Positions 1 through 10,310 of a stretch of 64,000 nt of DNA are shown piece by piece. Below the pieces are notes generated by a model, which made no database searches, was not told the DNA's origin, and saw nothing but the letters and a program-made list of their open reading frames with translations. The DNA is from Legionella sp. (lineage in GTDB: Bacteria; Pseudomonadota; Gammaproteobacteria; Legionellales; Legionellaceae): positions 55,349-119,348 of the forward strand of contig JAACPN010000005.1 of the NCBI GenBank assembly GCA_009995425.1. The letters are read 5' to 3'. Position numbers and translations under genes: made by a program. Position 1 is the stretch's first letter. Each line of letters begins with the position of its first letter.

Positions 1-1325
1 TCATCTTGAGGCCTCATCACGTCGGGATGGGTGGCCGCCTCTTCGCGAATTTCGGTAAAGTAGGCTTGGTTTGGCCCGGTGGTTGCTATATTCGCGAAGT
101 CCGTGCAAATCAGACCTTTTTGCGTGAAGAATATATCGCTTGGGCCGCGGGCTTCGGTATCCAGTATCATGAAATCATCCATGTGTGGATTTTCTTTGGT
201 CGCCGTCACGGTGCGGTAGGTGATTTCGAATTTAGTTTGAATTGTATTTTTATCGGCTAGGTTTAAGTCACGTGATAAACTAAATGCTCTTTTATGTTCG
301 TTCACAAACCTGATGATACTATCTTCTACGTCATCGCCGTTTGTTAAAGCGTTCGATATACGCTCGACGAGCGCCTGACTTAATGCCGTGTTATTATCCA
401 GAATTTCTCCGAAGTTTTTATTACTTATGCCCCGTGCGCGACAATGAATATTTAAAACAGCTAAGTAAAATTGCGTCATAATTGACAAGCGTTCGGCTTG
501 CTCGGTTGGCGTCGTATACGTCCCAAGATAAAACGGTGAGCCTGTGAATGAAGTCGATAAGTTCGGTGCACATTCCCCTAATAAGCCTTCAATATAATCT
601 TCTGAAGTAGCATCATCACCAAAACGCATCACCGTATTGATATGCGCTTTATCCACTTCTTGTTTGACCCCACGTTCAATCCTATTGTAGAAATCTACAG
701 TCACGTTCAATAACGCTTGACACTGCCCGATTAAAACGCGTTGAATATCCTTAAATGATGGATTGTTAGGCAAGGCTTTCATCACTTCGGTTATCAACTT
801 CGTACGTGGGTCGAGTTTTCCCAGACTTACCCTGGGAAAAACTTCATGCATGTGATTATATAACGGTGATGATGGCGTGCCTGAAAAATCATTACTTCGA
901 TTAATCGTAAACACAGGATTCACCACGTTGCCGTCATTGTCTTGCTCACGTGGCCGCAATTGAATGCTGTATAAGTTGGAAGGTTTGGCTAAAAAAGCGT
1001 TGACCGTAGCTTGATAGCCCTGTCTCATACCGCGGACTGCTTCAAGGTAGATGTTAATTTGAGCCAGGCGCCCTTCTTTAATCACCCGTATCGCATCGTC
1101 TGCGCCAAGCAGGGAGATATGAAATTCCAGCACGCTTTTGTAAGATTCTAATTCGCTGAAGCCGCCACCGCCAAAAAACGCGTTGAGTTCTGTCGTTGAA
1201 CGACAGGTGTTATCGATGCTGATATCCTGGCCACCAACAAACGGCACGAGCAAGTGCACGCGATTGGTCTTGGAGTTAACGTGGATGTAACGCGTTGAGG
1301 TTGGTTCAATCAACGGAATAAGCAT
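1..1325 (-). CDS. Hypothetical protein, N-terminal part only (at least 441 codons; ORF runs off the left window edge); possible effector-type protein
   Basis: My translation of the minus strand from the ATG at 1325 (GAGGAAAG SD just upstream) stays open to position 1: MLIPLIEPTSTRYIHVNSKTNRVHLLVPFVGGQDISIDN... It is missing from the ORF track, presumably because no stop lies in the window. No complete ORF of 60 aa or more competes except the 84-aa antisense 6..260. No family recognised. Confidence 0.6.
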   Translation of the reverse strand, partial: MLIPLIEPTSTRYIHVNSKTNRVHLLVPFVGGQDISIDNTCRSTTELNAFFGGGGFSELESYKSVLEFHISLLGADDAIRVIKEGRLAQINIYLEAVRGMRQGYQATVNAFLAKPSNLYSIQLRPREQDNDGNVVNPVFTINRSNDFSGTPSSPLYNHMHEVFPRVSLGKLDPRTKLITEVMKALPNNPSFKDIQRVLIGQCQALLNVTVDFYNRIERGVKQEVDKAHINTVMRFGDDATSEDYIEGLLGECAPNLSTSFTGSPFYLGTYTTPTEQAERLSIMTQFYLAVLNIHCRARGISNKNFGEILDNNTALSQALVERISNALTNGDDVEDSIIRFVNEHKRAFSLSRDLNLADKNTIQTKFEITYRTVTATKENPHMDDFMILDTEARGPSDIFFTQKGLICTDFANIATTGPNQAYFTEIREEAATHPDVMRPQD

Positions 1326-1565
1326 GGGGCTTTCCTCATGTGTTAAGTAAGTTTTCTTAGTGGTTATTATAAACTATTTTTGGTGAAAAATTCGCTGGTT
1401 ATTTAAACGAAAACGCTATGGACCGAATAAATTACAGTCAAATTGACCAACAATAACCAACAAGAGCCCGATTCCGCCATCATCTTCTCATTTTATCTAA
1501 GATAACGTATTATCAAATAACTCTATTTTAAGTCTATTTAATTATTATTCAATTAGGAGAAGGAC

Positions 1566-2354
1566 ATGTCTGCCGAGCTCTGTTCGACTTCTCTCGTGGG
1601 CCCATGTGGTGTGCCAGGCACATTTCAGACACCATCGAGTTACTATCGCTCCAAACTATTTCGTGCATCTTACACATCCAATGCTTTTTTGGCGGCAGCA
1701 GGCCCGCTCTTTTCGTTGCTTGAACGCTTGGGTACAAGTCACACACTGCCCCCCATCGAAACCGTCACCCATAATCTTGAACATGAACTTAATGCATTCC
1801 GTAGTCGCTTAAATTTACAAAAAAATGCAGATGAGCATATTATGATCGCTCAATATTTACTAAGCTCTACAATGGATGAACTCCTCGGAAAAAGCTATTT
1901 ACGTGTACATGAAAGCCCTGCTGAATTTCAGGCATTCACACCGTCATCCCACGATGGTGTTGGCCCTGAACGTCGTTTTTTTGAGATTATCGAGCACTTA
2001 AAAACACGTCCTAATCAATACCTAGATCTCATTGAATTAGCTTATTATTGCCTTATTTCAGGCTTTGAAGGCGAACAACATTTGAACTCTTCTGGGCGAC
2101 AAACTCTGGATAACTTAATTGAAGAATTGCATGAGCTCATTCAAAAACATCGGGCAAGCAAACCGTTACGCCTGTTTACTGAGCCACAAGAAAGACCACC
2201 TGAAATTTCGATCGATCATAAGCCTTGGCTTAAAACCGCAGGTCTTGTGTGTGCTATTTTGCTAGGATCGTACATGATGAGCCAAACATTACTCGAGCAC
2301 CGGGCAAAACAAATTGTTGACCAGCAATTTCAATCCAACTCCTTGAGCTTTTAA
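1566..2354 (+). CDS. icmH: IcmH/DotU (TssL-like) component of the Dot/Icm type IVB secretion system
   Basis: 262 aa, close to my recollection of the L. pneumophila IcmH length. AGGAGA SD. DotU-like core (YLDLIELAYYCLISGFEGEQHL). Single C-terminal TM (AGLVCAILLGSYMM). Stop overlaps the start of the IcmF-like gene (TAATG). Confidence 0.85.
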   Translation: MSAELCSTSLVGPCGVPGTFQTPSSYYRSKLFRASYTSNAFLAAAGPLFSLLERLGTSHTLPPIETVTHNLEHELNAFRSRLNLQKNADEHIMIAQYLLSSTMDELLGKSYLRVHESPAEFQAFTPSSHDGVGPERRFFEIIEHLKTRPNQYLDLIELAYYCLISGFEGEQHLNSSGRQTLDNLIEELHELIQKHRASKPLRLFTEPQERPPEISIDHKPWLKTAGLVCAILLGSYMMSQTLLEHRAKQIVDQQFQSNSLSF

Positions 2355-5278
2355 TGGACAAATCACTCATAGCACTGACCGATGCTTTAAAAAAAGTTTT
2401 AGTTGGATTACAACCCAACCAAAATAACCTGTCGTTTATCCTGCTTATTGGCAAGGCGGGACAAGGCAAAGCGACATTACTGCGTCATAATACACACAAA
2501 AATATCACCATTCATGCCGAGCGCACCGCTGAAATTTATTATAATGCCCAAGGCATTATACTTGAACTTGACGAAACTTGGAGTCAGCAAAGCACCGGCG
2601 TCCTAGCGCAAGCGTTAAAGCAGTTGAATCAATGTCATCGCGCGCTGAAAATTACGGGCCTTCTTTTAGTGGTTGATATCAACGAACTGATTATTCATTC
2701 ACCGACAGAGTTAACCCAAAATACACAAAGCCATGCCCAATTGCTGCAACGCTATGGGCGTGCACTGGGTTATGTGGTTGATACCGGATTTATTTTTACA
2801 AAACTGGATAGCTTGGCTGGTTTTTGTGATTTTTTTCAACATGATAAACGACTTGATCAACACAAACCGCTTGGATTTTCTATCGACTGGGGGCAAAAAA
2901 AAGGAAAACTTGCGCATAATTATCACGCGCGTTTTGAATACTTGTTGGAATCTTTAAGCCAAGATATGCTCCAAAAGGTGCATCCTGTGCGCTCCAGCCT
3001 GAAACGTAGTTTGATTCGAGAATTTCCACTACAACTGGCCAATTTTCAGTTTGCAATCGAAAGCCTGCTGAAACAAATATCCCCTAAACATTGCCGCGTT
3101 TGCGCTATTTATTTTACGAGTGCCCGACAAGGCGGCATGAGTGCTGATCATCTCAATCAAAAAATTTGTCATGAATATGCTTTAACCTTGCCCACACAAA
3201 TACCTCAGTCGAGCAATGATCGCGCGTATTTTATAGAGGGTGCGTTAGATGCATTTCAACGCCAAACCTACTATACCGCACCACGCCCTGCCGTCGCTCA
3301 AAAATACGTGGTGAGAACTGCATCGTGCTTGGTCGGATTTGCTATTGCATTGATCGTGCATCACCATGTTGCCTCATCACGCGTGCTGGATAACGTCACC
3401 CAAGAGCTTTTAGCGTATGACAGCTTAAACAAACAGACCAATAAGCAAAACAACGCGCTGTTTCACTTATCAAAAGCTGCTGATGCTCTCATGCAAATTA
3501 AACTCAATCGTTTATCACCACCCGCACTTCAACAACTTCACGCACGCATTGATTTTACGTCAAAACAACATGTGAACAACGGCTTTTTACCTCAAACGCT
3601 AAGAAGCCTTGAACATGTGCTGCGTGATCCTGAACAAAACACGTCCGCGCGTTATCATGCTTTAAAAATTTACATCATGTTGGGCGATCCGTTTAAACGT
3701 AACCCGGATGAAATGATCAACTGGTTTCAACACTATTGGCAAAAAAACAGTACCGCCGAAGAGCTACCCCGACAGATTGAACTTTTAAATAAAACCCTGA
3801 TTACACCCAAACAAGCGCTTGCTATTAATCAACAACTGGTACGTGATATTCGCGCCTACCTCAATGCCATACCAGCAGGTTATCTCTATTATTCGCTGCT
3901 GAAAGAAAGTTTTTCTACCGAGACAAAAAAACTTCATTGGGATGGCTTTAATTTGGGTGCAACCGAGGTTCCGCTGTATTTTTTAAAAACAGGATTTCAA
4001 CAAACCAGCTTAAATATTCCTTACGCAGCATCACAGTTTCAACTCGACAACTGGGTTTTAGAACGTCAGGATTTAGACAACTTATCCCATTTACTCGAAC
4101 AAGCCTACGCTTATGATTATTTCACATGGTGGAAGCAATTTATTAAGCATACCTCACCGCATCCTATTCAAAATTATACCGAAGGACAACGCCTGCTCAG
4201 CCTCTTTGATCAAGCCGATACACTTCGTGATCTCACGCATTTTATTCAAGCTCAAACCAGCCCCGATGTTGAACATCAAAACACCGTATTCAACCAACAC
4301 GTTGCAAGTCACTTTACCCACTTGAGCTTGGTGAGTGAGGCTGGACTACGTGATTTAGCGCTTGATATACGCGAAATACGCCAGCTATTAAATACCCTCA
4401 CCGTGGTTCAAGATGAAGGACAAACGGCCTTTAGGCTAACTAAGCAACGGTTTCTGAACACAGGATCTCGTCATGCACTCTCAACGCTCTATGCCAACGC
4501 AAAACAACTGCCTGAACCGGTTGCATCGTGGACGGAACAAATCGCAGATGATACGTGGTTTTTATTACTCAGTGACACCAAGCAATACGTGAATAGGGCA
4601 TGGTCGCAACAGATCCTTCCTGAATATCAACGTACGATTGCGCATCGTTACCCACTGGATGCAAACGCTTCAGAAGACATCGCACTCGCTGATTTTAACC
4701 ATTTTTTTGCACCCCATGGCGTACTCAATACCTTTACTGAACAATATATTAAACCATTTTTAGATACCTCACAGCCTGAATGGACGCGACAAGAAGCCGA
4801 CGGCCATGTTCTACCGATTCAGCAAGATATGATTCAAGCTTTCGTGCACGCAAACGTGATCACCGCCATGTTTTTTCCTGATGAACATGCATCAAGCCAA
4901 ATTAATTTTAGTTTACAAAAAATCGACTTAGATCCCATCATTGCCGGGCTTGAACTTTCTTTAGGTAGTCGACGTCTTCGCGACACACAAAATACGGATG
5001 CTGCAACTGATTTTATTTGGCCAGAATCCAATGCAGAGCTCATTTTGCATAGCATTGAAGGCAAACACTATGAACTCTCGGAAAAAGGCCCTTGGGCTTT
5101 ATTTAAAATCTTACAAAAATTCAATATTACTCTGGATGATAACGACGGTTCAAAACTTCAGGTTTTATTTGAAATCAACGGTGATTCAGGGCACTATTTA
5201 CTTCAAGCTAAGAGCGCACTGAATCCGTTTACACCAGGTATTTTAGCTGGTTTTAAATTAAAAGACCGTGTTGCCTAA
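2354..5278 (+). CDS. icmF: IcmF (TssM-like) component of the Dot/Icm system
   Basis: 974 aa, close to my recollection of the L. pneumophila IcmF length. N-terminal Walker A-like LLIGKAGQGKATLL. TM segment (CLVGFAIALIVHHHV). Translationally coupled to icmH. Confidence 0.85.
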   Translation: MDKSLIALTDALKKVLVGLQPNQNNLSFILLIGKAGQGKATLLRHNTHKNITIHAERTAEIYYNAQGIILELDETWSQQSTGVLAQALKQLNQCHRALKITGLLLVVDINELIIHSPTELTQNTQSHAQLLQRYGRALGYVVDTGFIFTKLDSLAGFCDFFQHDKRLDQHKPLGFSIDWGQKKGKLAHNYHARFEYLLESLSQDMLQKVHPVRSSLKRSLIREFPLQLANFQFAIESLLKQISPKHCRVCAIYFTSARQGGMSADHLNQKICHEYALTLPTQIPQSSNDRAYFIEGALDAFQRQTYYTAPRPAVAQKYVVRTASCLVGFAIALIVHHHVASSRVLDNVTQELLAYDSLNKQTNKQNNALFHLSKAADALMQIKLNRLSPPALQQLHARIDFTSKQHVNNGFLPQTLRSLEHVLRDPEQNTSARYHALKIYIMLGDPFKRNPDEMINWFQHYWQKNSTAEELPRQIELLNKTLITPKQALAINQQLVRDIRAYLNAIPAGYLYYSLLKESFSTETKKLHWDGFNLGATEVPLYFLKTGFQQTSLNIPYAASQFQLDNWVLERQDLDNLSHLLEQAYAYDYFTWWKQFIKHTSPHPIQNYTEGQRLLSLFDQADTLRDLTHFIQAQTSPDVEHQNTVFNQHVASHFTHLSLVSEAGLRDLALDIREIRQLLNTLTVVQDEGQTAFRLTKQRFLNTGSRHALSTLYANAKQLPEPVASWTEQIADDTWFLLLSDTKQYVNRAWSQQILPEYQRTIAHRYPLDANASEDIALADFNHFFAPHGVLNTFTEQYIKPFLDTSQPEWTRQEADGHVLPIQQDMIQAFVHANVITAMFFPDEHASSQINFSLQKIDLDPIIAGLELSLGSRRLRDTQNTDAATDFIWPESNAELILHSIEGKHYELSEKGPWALFKILQKFNITLDDNDGSKLQVLFEINGDSGHYLLQAKSALNPFTPGILAGFKLKDRVA

Positions 5279-5656
5279 TAACTTTTTGAACAAAGCCTTA
5301 ATGCTCACTCAATAAACATATGATCTCATTCAATCTTGTTTGTTAATTAATCAATACGGTGCTTATTGCTTACTCCCGATCAAATATCCCAGCTTGTCCT
5401 TATGATAAGTCGTACGTTTTCAGCTCAACAGGCTCTCCCTCAGACAACGAAAACATTGACACACTAAAAAAACAGGCCCTCGCGCTCAAAAATGAAAATC
5501 CATGTTGATAAATAAGCGTCATGTTGAAGATATGGCCATGGGCTTTAGCGTGATCACCCTATGAATTCAGTTACAATGGGTTAAGAAACAACGCCCCCTT
5601 AGAGAAATTTTTGTGTCGTTTGTATGTTATAGATCTAGATTGATGGCGCCATTTCG

Positions 5657-6572
5657 TTAATCCAATAGTGATAGGGGAATGGCCCAGAGATTATCCCCAA
5701 ATGACAAACATTCACTTCCATTATAAAGAACTATACCTGAAATCCACTTTTTATCAGCTAGCGTAGCGAGTTTTCTTAAGCCACGGAAATCTTGATCAAA
5801 AATCGTGTAACTTGATTTAACTTCGATACCTATAATCTTACGTGCATGATTTTCCAGAATAAAATCTACTTCCACTTGGTCTTTATCACGATAGTAATAA
5901 ATGTTCCATGGCTCATCAACTAGCGTACACATTTTCAATAATTCGCTATATACCCAAGTTTCTAATAAAGCCCCAAAAGAAGATTTATCCGTTTTAATAC
6001 TTTCGTGTGTATGTCTGTTCAGACAGGCTAGAAGACCACTGTCAATAAAATAGATTTTTGGTGATTTAAGGATTCTGCTTAAATTATTATCATGCCATGG
6101 CTTTAATTGATGCACTAAAAATAATGTTTCAAGTAAACCAACATACTTTTGCGCTGTTTTAGTATCCAATTTTAATTGCCCGCCAATTTGAGTAAAATTG
6201 ATCAGTTTACCTGATTGCTGTGCCAGCACCTCAAGTAAACGAGGCATTTCAACTAATTTTTCTATTGATGAGATGTCTTTAACGTCTCGTTCTACGATTG
6301 CTTTTATATAAGATTTAGCCCAAGCATTTCGCCGCTCAAAATATGATTACTTTATCGATTCGATTAACAAAACCAACAGGATCTTGCTTGACAGCATTGA
6401 GTATATTGTCATCATCCAACGTGTAGTAAGGTAAGGGCGGTGAGTACTCTTTGACTAAAGTTATCTTTCCTGATTGCCGAGGACCAATAACTAAAACAAC
6501 GGGTGTATCCTTCATGGCAATTTCCATTCGATTTTTAAGCTGTCTTGGAAAATTATTTGTATTCATATTCAC
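5657..6572 (-). pseudogene. Decayed AAA-ATPase (AAA_14 + DUF4143 type) gene: internal deletion plus frame change
   Basis: The 78-aa N-terminal ORF has the P-loop (VLVIGPRQSGKITL) and stops inside the Walker B strand (DKVIIF*). The 196-aa C-terminal ORF continues upstream in another frame as ..FERRNAWAKSYIKAIVERDVKDISSIEKLVE-MPRLLEVLAQQSG.., the typical DUF4143 entry. About 100 aa expected between the two parts are missing. Confidence 0.6.
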
Positions 6573-6589
6573 AGAGGCATCCTAAGTTT

Positions 6590-6624
6590 CGTCCAATATG
6601 GATTTCAAGCGCGTCCAATATGGA
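6590..6624. repeat. Two copies of the 13-bp direct repeat CGTCCAATATGGA, 22 bp apart, just upstream of the decayed ATPase gene
   Basis: Exact copies at 6590-6602 and 6612-6624. Each has a CCAATATGG near-palindromic core. They lie 18-52 bp upstream of the ATG at 6572. Confidence 0.5.
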
Positions 6625-6773
6625 ATACAAATAAATAGCATCTTTAATATAGCGTACAAAAAATGGCGACATGATGAAAAAAAAGAGATGGTATCATCTG
6701 AATCATTCTTTGCTGTCTTGATCATGGCGTGATGAAGTAGGCCAGCGGCATAAGCTGCTGGCTTTAGATCCGA

Positions 6774-8270
6774 TTAACTGGTTTTATCATGCCGCAAATG
6801 CGGAAAAAGCACCACGTCACGAATCGATGGCGCATCGGTAAACAACATCACCAAACGATCGATACCAATCCCTTCGCCCGCTGTGGGTGGCATGCCGTAT
6901 TCCAAAGCCTCAATGTAGTCATGATCAAAATGCATGGCTTCTAAATCACCGGCTTCTTTATCTTCGACTTGCTTCCTAAAGCGCTCGGCCTGATCTTCTG
7001 CATCGTTGAGCTCAGAAAAGCCGTTCGCAATTTCGCGACCTGCAATAAATAACTCAAATCTATCCGTCACCTCAGGATCGTGATGACTACGTCTGGCCAG
7101 TGGTGAGACTTCGGTTGGATAATCCATCACAAATGTCGGTTGGATGAGTAAATGCTCAACACGCTCTTCAAACATGATTAATTGCAACTTACCCACACCA
7201 TCCGTGGTTTTATAAACCAAACCAAACTTATCGAGCACAGCCTGACAAGCCACTTGTGTACTCAAATCCGCTTCTGATAACTCAGGATGATAATGTAAAA
7301 TAGCATTTTTTACACTGATACGTAGAAAAGGCTTATCAAAATCCAAAACATTGCCTTGGTACGTAATTTGACGTGTTTCAGCAACCTCATCACAAATTTT
7401 TTGAAATAACTGCTCCGTCAAATTCATCAAATCATGATAATCCGCATACGCTTGATAAAATTCAATCATGGTAAATTCAGGATTATGTCGCGTTGAAATT
7501 CCTTCGTTTCTAAAATTTCGGTTAATTTCATACACGCGCTCAAAACCACCCACCACCAAGCGTTTTAAATAAAGCTCAGGTGCTATACGCAAATACATAT
7601 CCATACCTAAGGCATGATGATGTGTTACAAAAGGACGGGCCACAGCGCCACCAGGAATCGGATGCATCATCGGTGTTTCTACTTCTAAAAATGCATGACT
7701 GTCCATAAATTGACGGAACACTTGAATCAAGCGCGAACGCAAAATAAACGCACGGCGTGTTTCTTCGTTAGCAATTAAATCCACATAGCGTTTACGGTAC
7801 CGCATTTCTTGATCAGCTAAACCATGAAATTTATCCGGTAGCGGTCGTAGTGATTTAGTCAACAATTGCAAGCTTGTTGCATGCAACGTAAGTTCACCTG
7901 TTTTTGTGATAAATAATGTACCCGTAACACCCACAATATCGCCTAAATCCCACTGCTTAAATTGCTCGTAGCTCTCCGGCATGTCATTGGCGCGTACATA
8001 GACTTGAATACGCCCTGAGACATCTTGAATATGAAAAAAGCTTGCCTTACCCATCACACGCCGCAGCACGATACGACCCGCAATTGCAGCAGGAACGGCT
8101 TGCTCAGCCAAAGCATCTTTTTCAACATGACCGTATGTTTCGTTCAGATCGCCTGCAAGCGAATCGCGACGAAAGCTATTTGGAAAATCAAATCCCTCTT
8201 CTCGAAGCGCAACCAGCTTTTGTTTACGTACATCATATACATCTAAATTATTTTCTATTACATCAGTCAT
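6774..8270 (-). CDS. lysS: Lysyl-tRNA synthetase, class II
   Basis: 498 aa. Class II motifs ([35 protein letters not shown]). Start overlaps the prfB stop by 8 nt, as in the conserved prfB-lysS operon. Confidence 0.95.
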   Translation of the reverse strand: MTDVIENNLDVYDVRKQKLVALREEGFDFPNSFRRDSLAGDLNETYGHVEKDALAEQAVPAAIAGRIVLRRVMGKASFFHIQDVSGRIQVYVRANDMPESYEQFKQWDLGDIVGVTGTLFITKTGELTLHATSLQLLTKSLRPLPDKFHGLADQEMRYRKRYVDLIANEETRRAFILRSRLIQVFRQFMDSHAFLEVETPMMHPIPGGAVARPFVTHHHALGMDMYLRIAPELYLKRLVVGGFERVYEINRNFRNEGISTRHNPEFTMIEFYQAYADYHDLMNLTEQLFQKICDEVAETRQITYQGNVLDFDKPFLRISVKNAILHYHPELSEADLSTQVACQAVLDKFGLVYKTTDGVGKLQLIMFEERVEHLLIQPTFVMDYPTEVSPLARRSHHDPEVTDRFELFIAGREIANGFSELNDAEDQAERFRKQVEDKEAGDLEAMHFDHDYIEALEYGMPPTAGEGIGIDRLVMLFTDAPSIRDVVLFPHLRHDKTS

Positions 8271-9372
8271 GGTTACTTACTCCTGCCTTTAAACTGGCTT
8301 CAATAAATAGGTCTAAATCGCCATCAAGAACGGCTTGTGTGTTACTCGTCTCAACACCGGTTCGCAAATCTTTGATACGTGATTGATCGAGCACATACGA
8401 ACGAATTTGAGAGCCCCAGCCAATATCTGACTTGCTTGCCTCGAGTGTGGCCTGCTCTGCCAGCTGCTTTTGTTGCTCATGTTCATATAATTTGGCACGT
8501 AATTGCTTCATGGCTTGATCTCTATTCTTATGCTGACTTCTGTCGTTCTGACACTGCACCACAATATTCGTAGGTATATGTGTGATTCGAATAGCGGAAT
8601 CGGTCTTATTTATATGCTGCCCACCTGCGCCCGAGGCGCGATAGGTATCAATGCGTAAATCAGCAGGATTAATCTCAATTTCGATATCATCATCCACTTC
8701 AGGCGAAACAAACACCGATGCAAACGATGTATGACGACGATTACCCGAATCAAACGGTGATTTTCGTACCAAACGATGAACCCCCGTCTCGGTACGTAGC
8801 CAACCGTAAACATAATCCCCAGTCATCTGAATGGTTGCACTTTTGATGCCGGCCACATCACCCGCTGAACATTCAAGTAAGCTCACATCAAACCCATGCT
8901 GCTCACCCCAACGTAAATACATGCGGAGTAATATTTCGGCCCAGTCTTGTGCTTCGGTACCACCCGAGCCCGATTGAATATCAATAAAAGCATTGGATGC
9001 ATCCTGCTTACCTGAAAACATGCGTCTAAATTCCAACCCTTCCACTTCTTTTTGAATGTTCGTAAGGTCTTCCGCAAGCTCATGAATCGTTTGTTCGTCT
9101 GATTCATCACGTGCCATCTCAAATAAATCTTTTAAGTCAACGACACTCGATGCCAACGCATGAATTTTCACCACCACCGACTCGAGCTGTGCCCGCTCAC
9201 GCCCTAAGGCTTGTGCTTTCTCAGGATTGTCCCAAATACTCGGCAGCTCAAGCTCACGGGTTACTTCCTCCAGGCGTTCGGCCTTAACGTCCAGCTCTAA
9301 ATATTGGCTCAATGCTGTAATACGTTTTGATAAATCATCCAACGTCAGATTGACTTGATTCACTTCTAACAT
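8263..9372 (-). CDS. prfB: Peptide chain release factor 2
   Basis: 369 aa. GGQ motif ([19 protein letters not shown]) and SPF tripeptide ([16 protein letters not shown]). The reading frame is uninterrupted from the first ATG. Confidence 0.95.
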   Translation of the reverse strand: MLEVNQVNLTLDDLSKRITALSQYLELDVKAERLEEVTRELELPSIWDNPEKAQALGRERAQLESVVVKIHALASSVVDLKDLFEMARDESDEQTIHELAEDLTNIQKEVEGLEFRRMFSGKQDASNAFIDIQSGSGGTEAQDWAEILLRMYLRWGEQHGFDVSLLECSAGDVAGIKSATIQMTGDYVYGWLRTETGVHRLVRKSPFDSGNRRHTSFASVFVSPEVDDDIEIEINPADLRIDTYRASGAGGQHINKTDSAIRITHIPTNIVVQCQNDRSQHKNRDQAMKQLRAKLYEHEQQKQLAEQATLEASKSDIGWGSQIRSYVLDQSRIKDLRTGVETSNTQAVLDGDLDLFIEASLKAGVSNHD

Positions 9373-9454
9373 AACGCCCCTTGACGTGTTGCAATAGCTT
9401 GATTATAAACGCTGACCAACGAAAATACGCTACATTATGACAGATAAATCCAGA

Positions 9455-10204
9455 TTAATCTTGAATACGCGATCGAATACGATGCGTCGCTTGACCATGC
9501 AGTTGTGAAACACGCGACTCACTCACATCGAGTAAATCACCAATCTCTTTAAGATTCAGCTCATGCTCATAATAAAGTGATAATACTAAACGTTCTTTTT
9601 CAGGTAGGCCATCAATAATTTCAGTCAATTGCCTTTTGAAATCATCTTTCATCACACGGTCTTGTGGCTCAGGCAAGGCCGCTGCTCCTTCACTTTTAAG
9701 TGAGTCATCGGTGACACCTAAATCATCAAAGCCGTACAAATGCGCACCGGTCGCATCACTCAAGATATGATGGTATTCTTCAAGACTGACCCCAAGCTCT
9801 TTGGCCACATCACTATCTTTTGCATCACGATTCAACGTGTTTTCTACTTTACGCACGGCTTCAGAAATCATACGTGCGTTGCGATAAACCGAACGCGGCA
9901 CCCAATCATTTCGGCGCACTTCATCCAGCATATGTCCACGAATACGAATACCGGCATAGGTCTCAAACGAAGCCCCTTTGCTGTCATCATAGCGCATCGC
10001 CGCTTCCAGTAAACCGACCATACCGGCTTGCATTAAATCCTCAAGCTGAATGGAGCGTGGCAAGCGCCCTAACAAATGATAGGCAATCCGCTTAATTAAA
10101 AGCGTATGCGTTCGCACCAACACTTCTTTAGCCTGTGCATTCAATTGATGATTGACACAGCTATTGCCTAATTCAGGCTCTTTGAGGTCATCCCTATCCA
10201 TCAA
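9455..10204 (-). CDS. fliA: RNA polymerase sigma-28 factor FliA
   Basis: 249 aa. Sigma-70 family regions 2 to 4 (EDLMQAGMVGLLEAAMRYD; YAGIRIRGHMLDEVRRNDWVPRSV; LNLKEIGDLLDVSESRVSQLH), typical of FliA. Confidence 0.85.
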   Translation of the reverse strand: MMDRDDLKEPELGNSCVNHQLNAQAKEVLVRTHTLLIKRIAYHLLGRLPRSIQLEDLMQAGMVGLLEAAMRYDDSKGASFETYAGIRIRGHMLDEVRRNDWVPRSVYRNARMISEAVRKVENTLNRDAKDSDVAKELGVSLEEYHHILSDATGAHLYGFDDLGVTDDSLKSEGAAALPEPQDRVMKDDFKRQLTEIIDGLPEKERLVLSLYYEHELNLKEIGDLLDVSESRVSQLHGQATHRIRSRIQD

Positions 10205-10310
10205 GTACGCTCGCTGTTATCTTAAAATACCTTATAAAAACAGTATTGACTATAATAGCAGTCCTTGCAATGCGCGTGCATGAAAATTAGGCCGGGGGGA
10301 ATGTTTAACG

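Noticed and set aside
6-260. 84-aa plus-strand ORF at the left edge
   Set aside because: It lies entirely antisense to a much longer open frame (1..1325, minus strand) that has a good SD and start. It is a shadow ORF.
235-262. GCCGATAA (sigma-28 -10-like octamer) on the minus strand near 250
   Set aside because: It lies inside the coding region of the edge gene. No TAAA -35 element sits at the required 15-nt spacing.
6738-6768. GC-rich hairpin (GCCAGC..GCTGGC) downstream of lysS as an intrinsic terminator
   Set aside because: On the lysS (minus) strand the stem is not followed by a U-tract. On the plus strand there is only TTT and no upstream gene. Support is insufficient.
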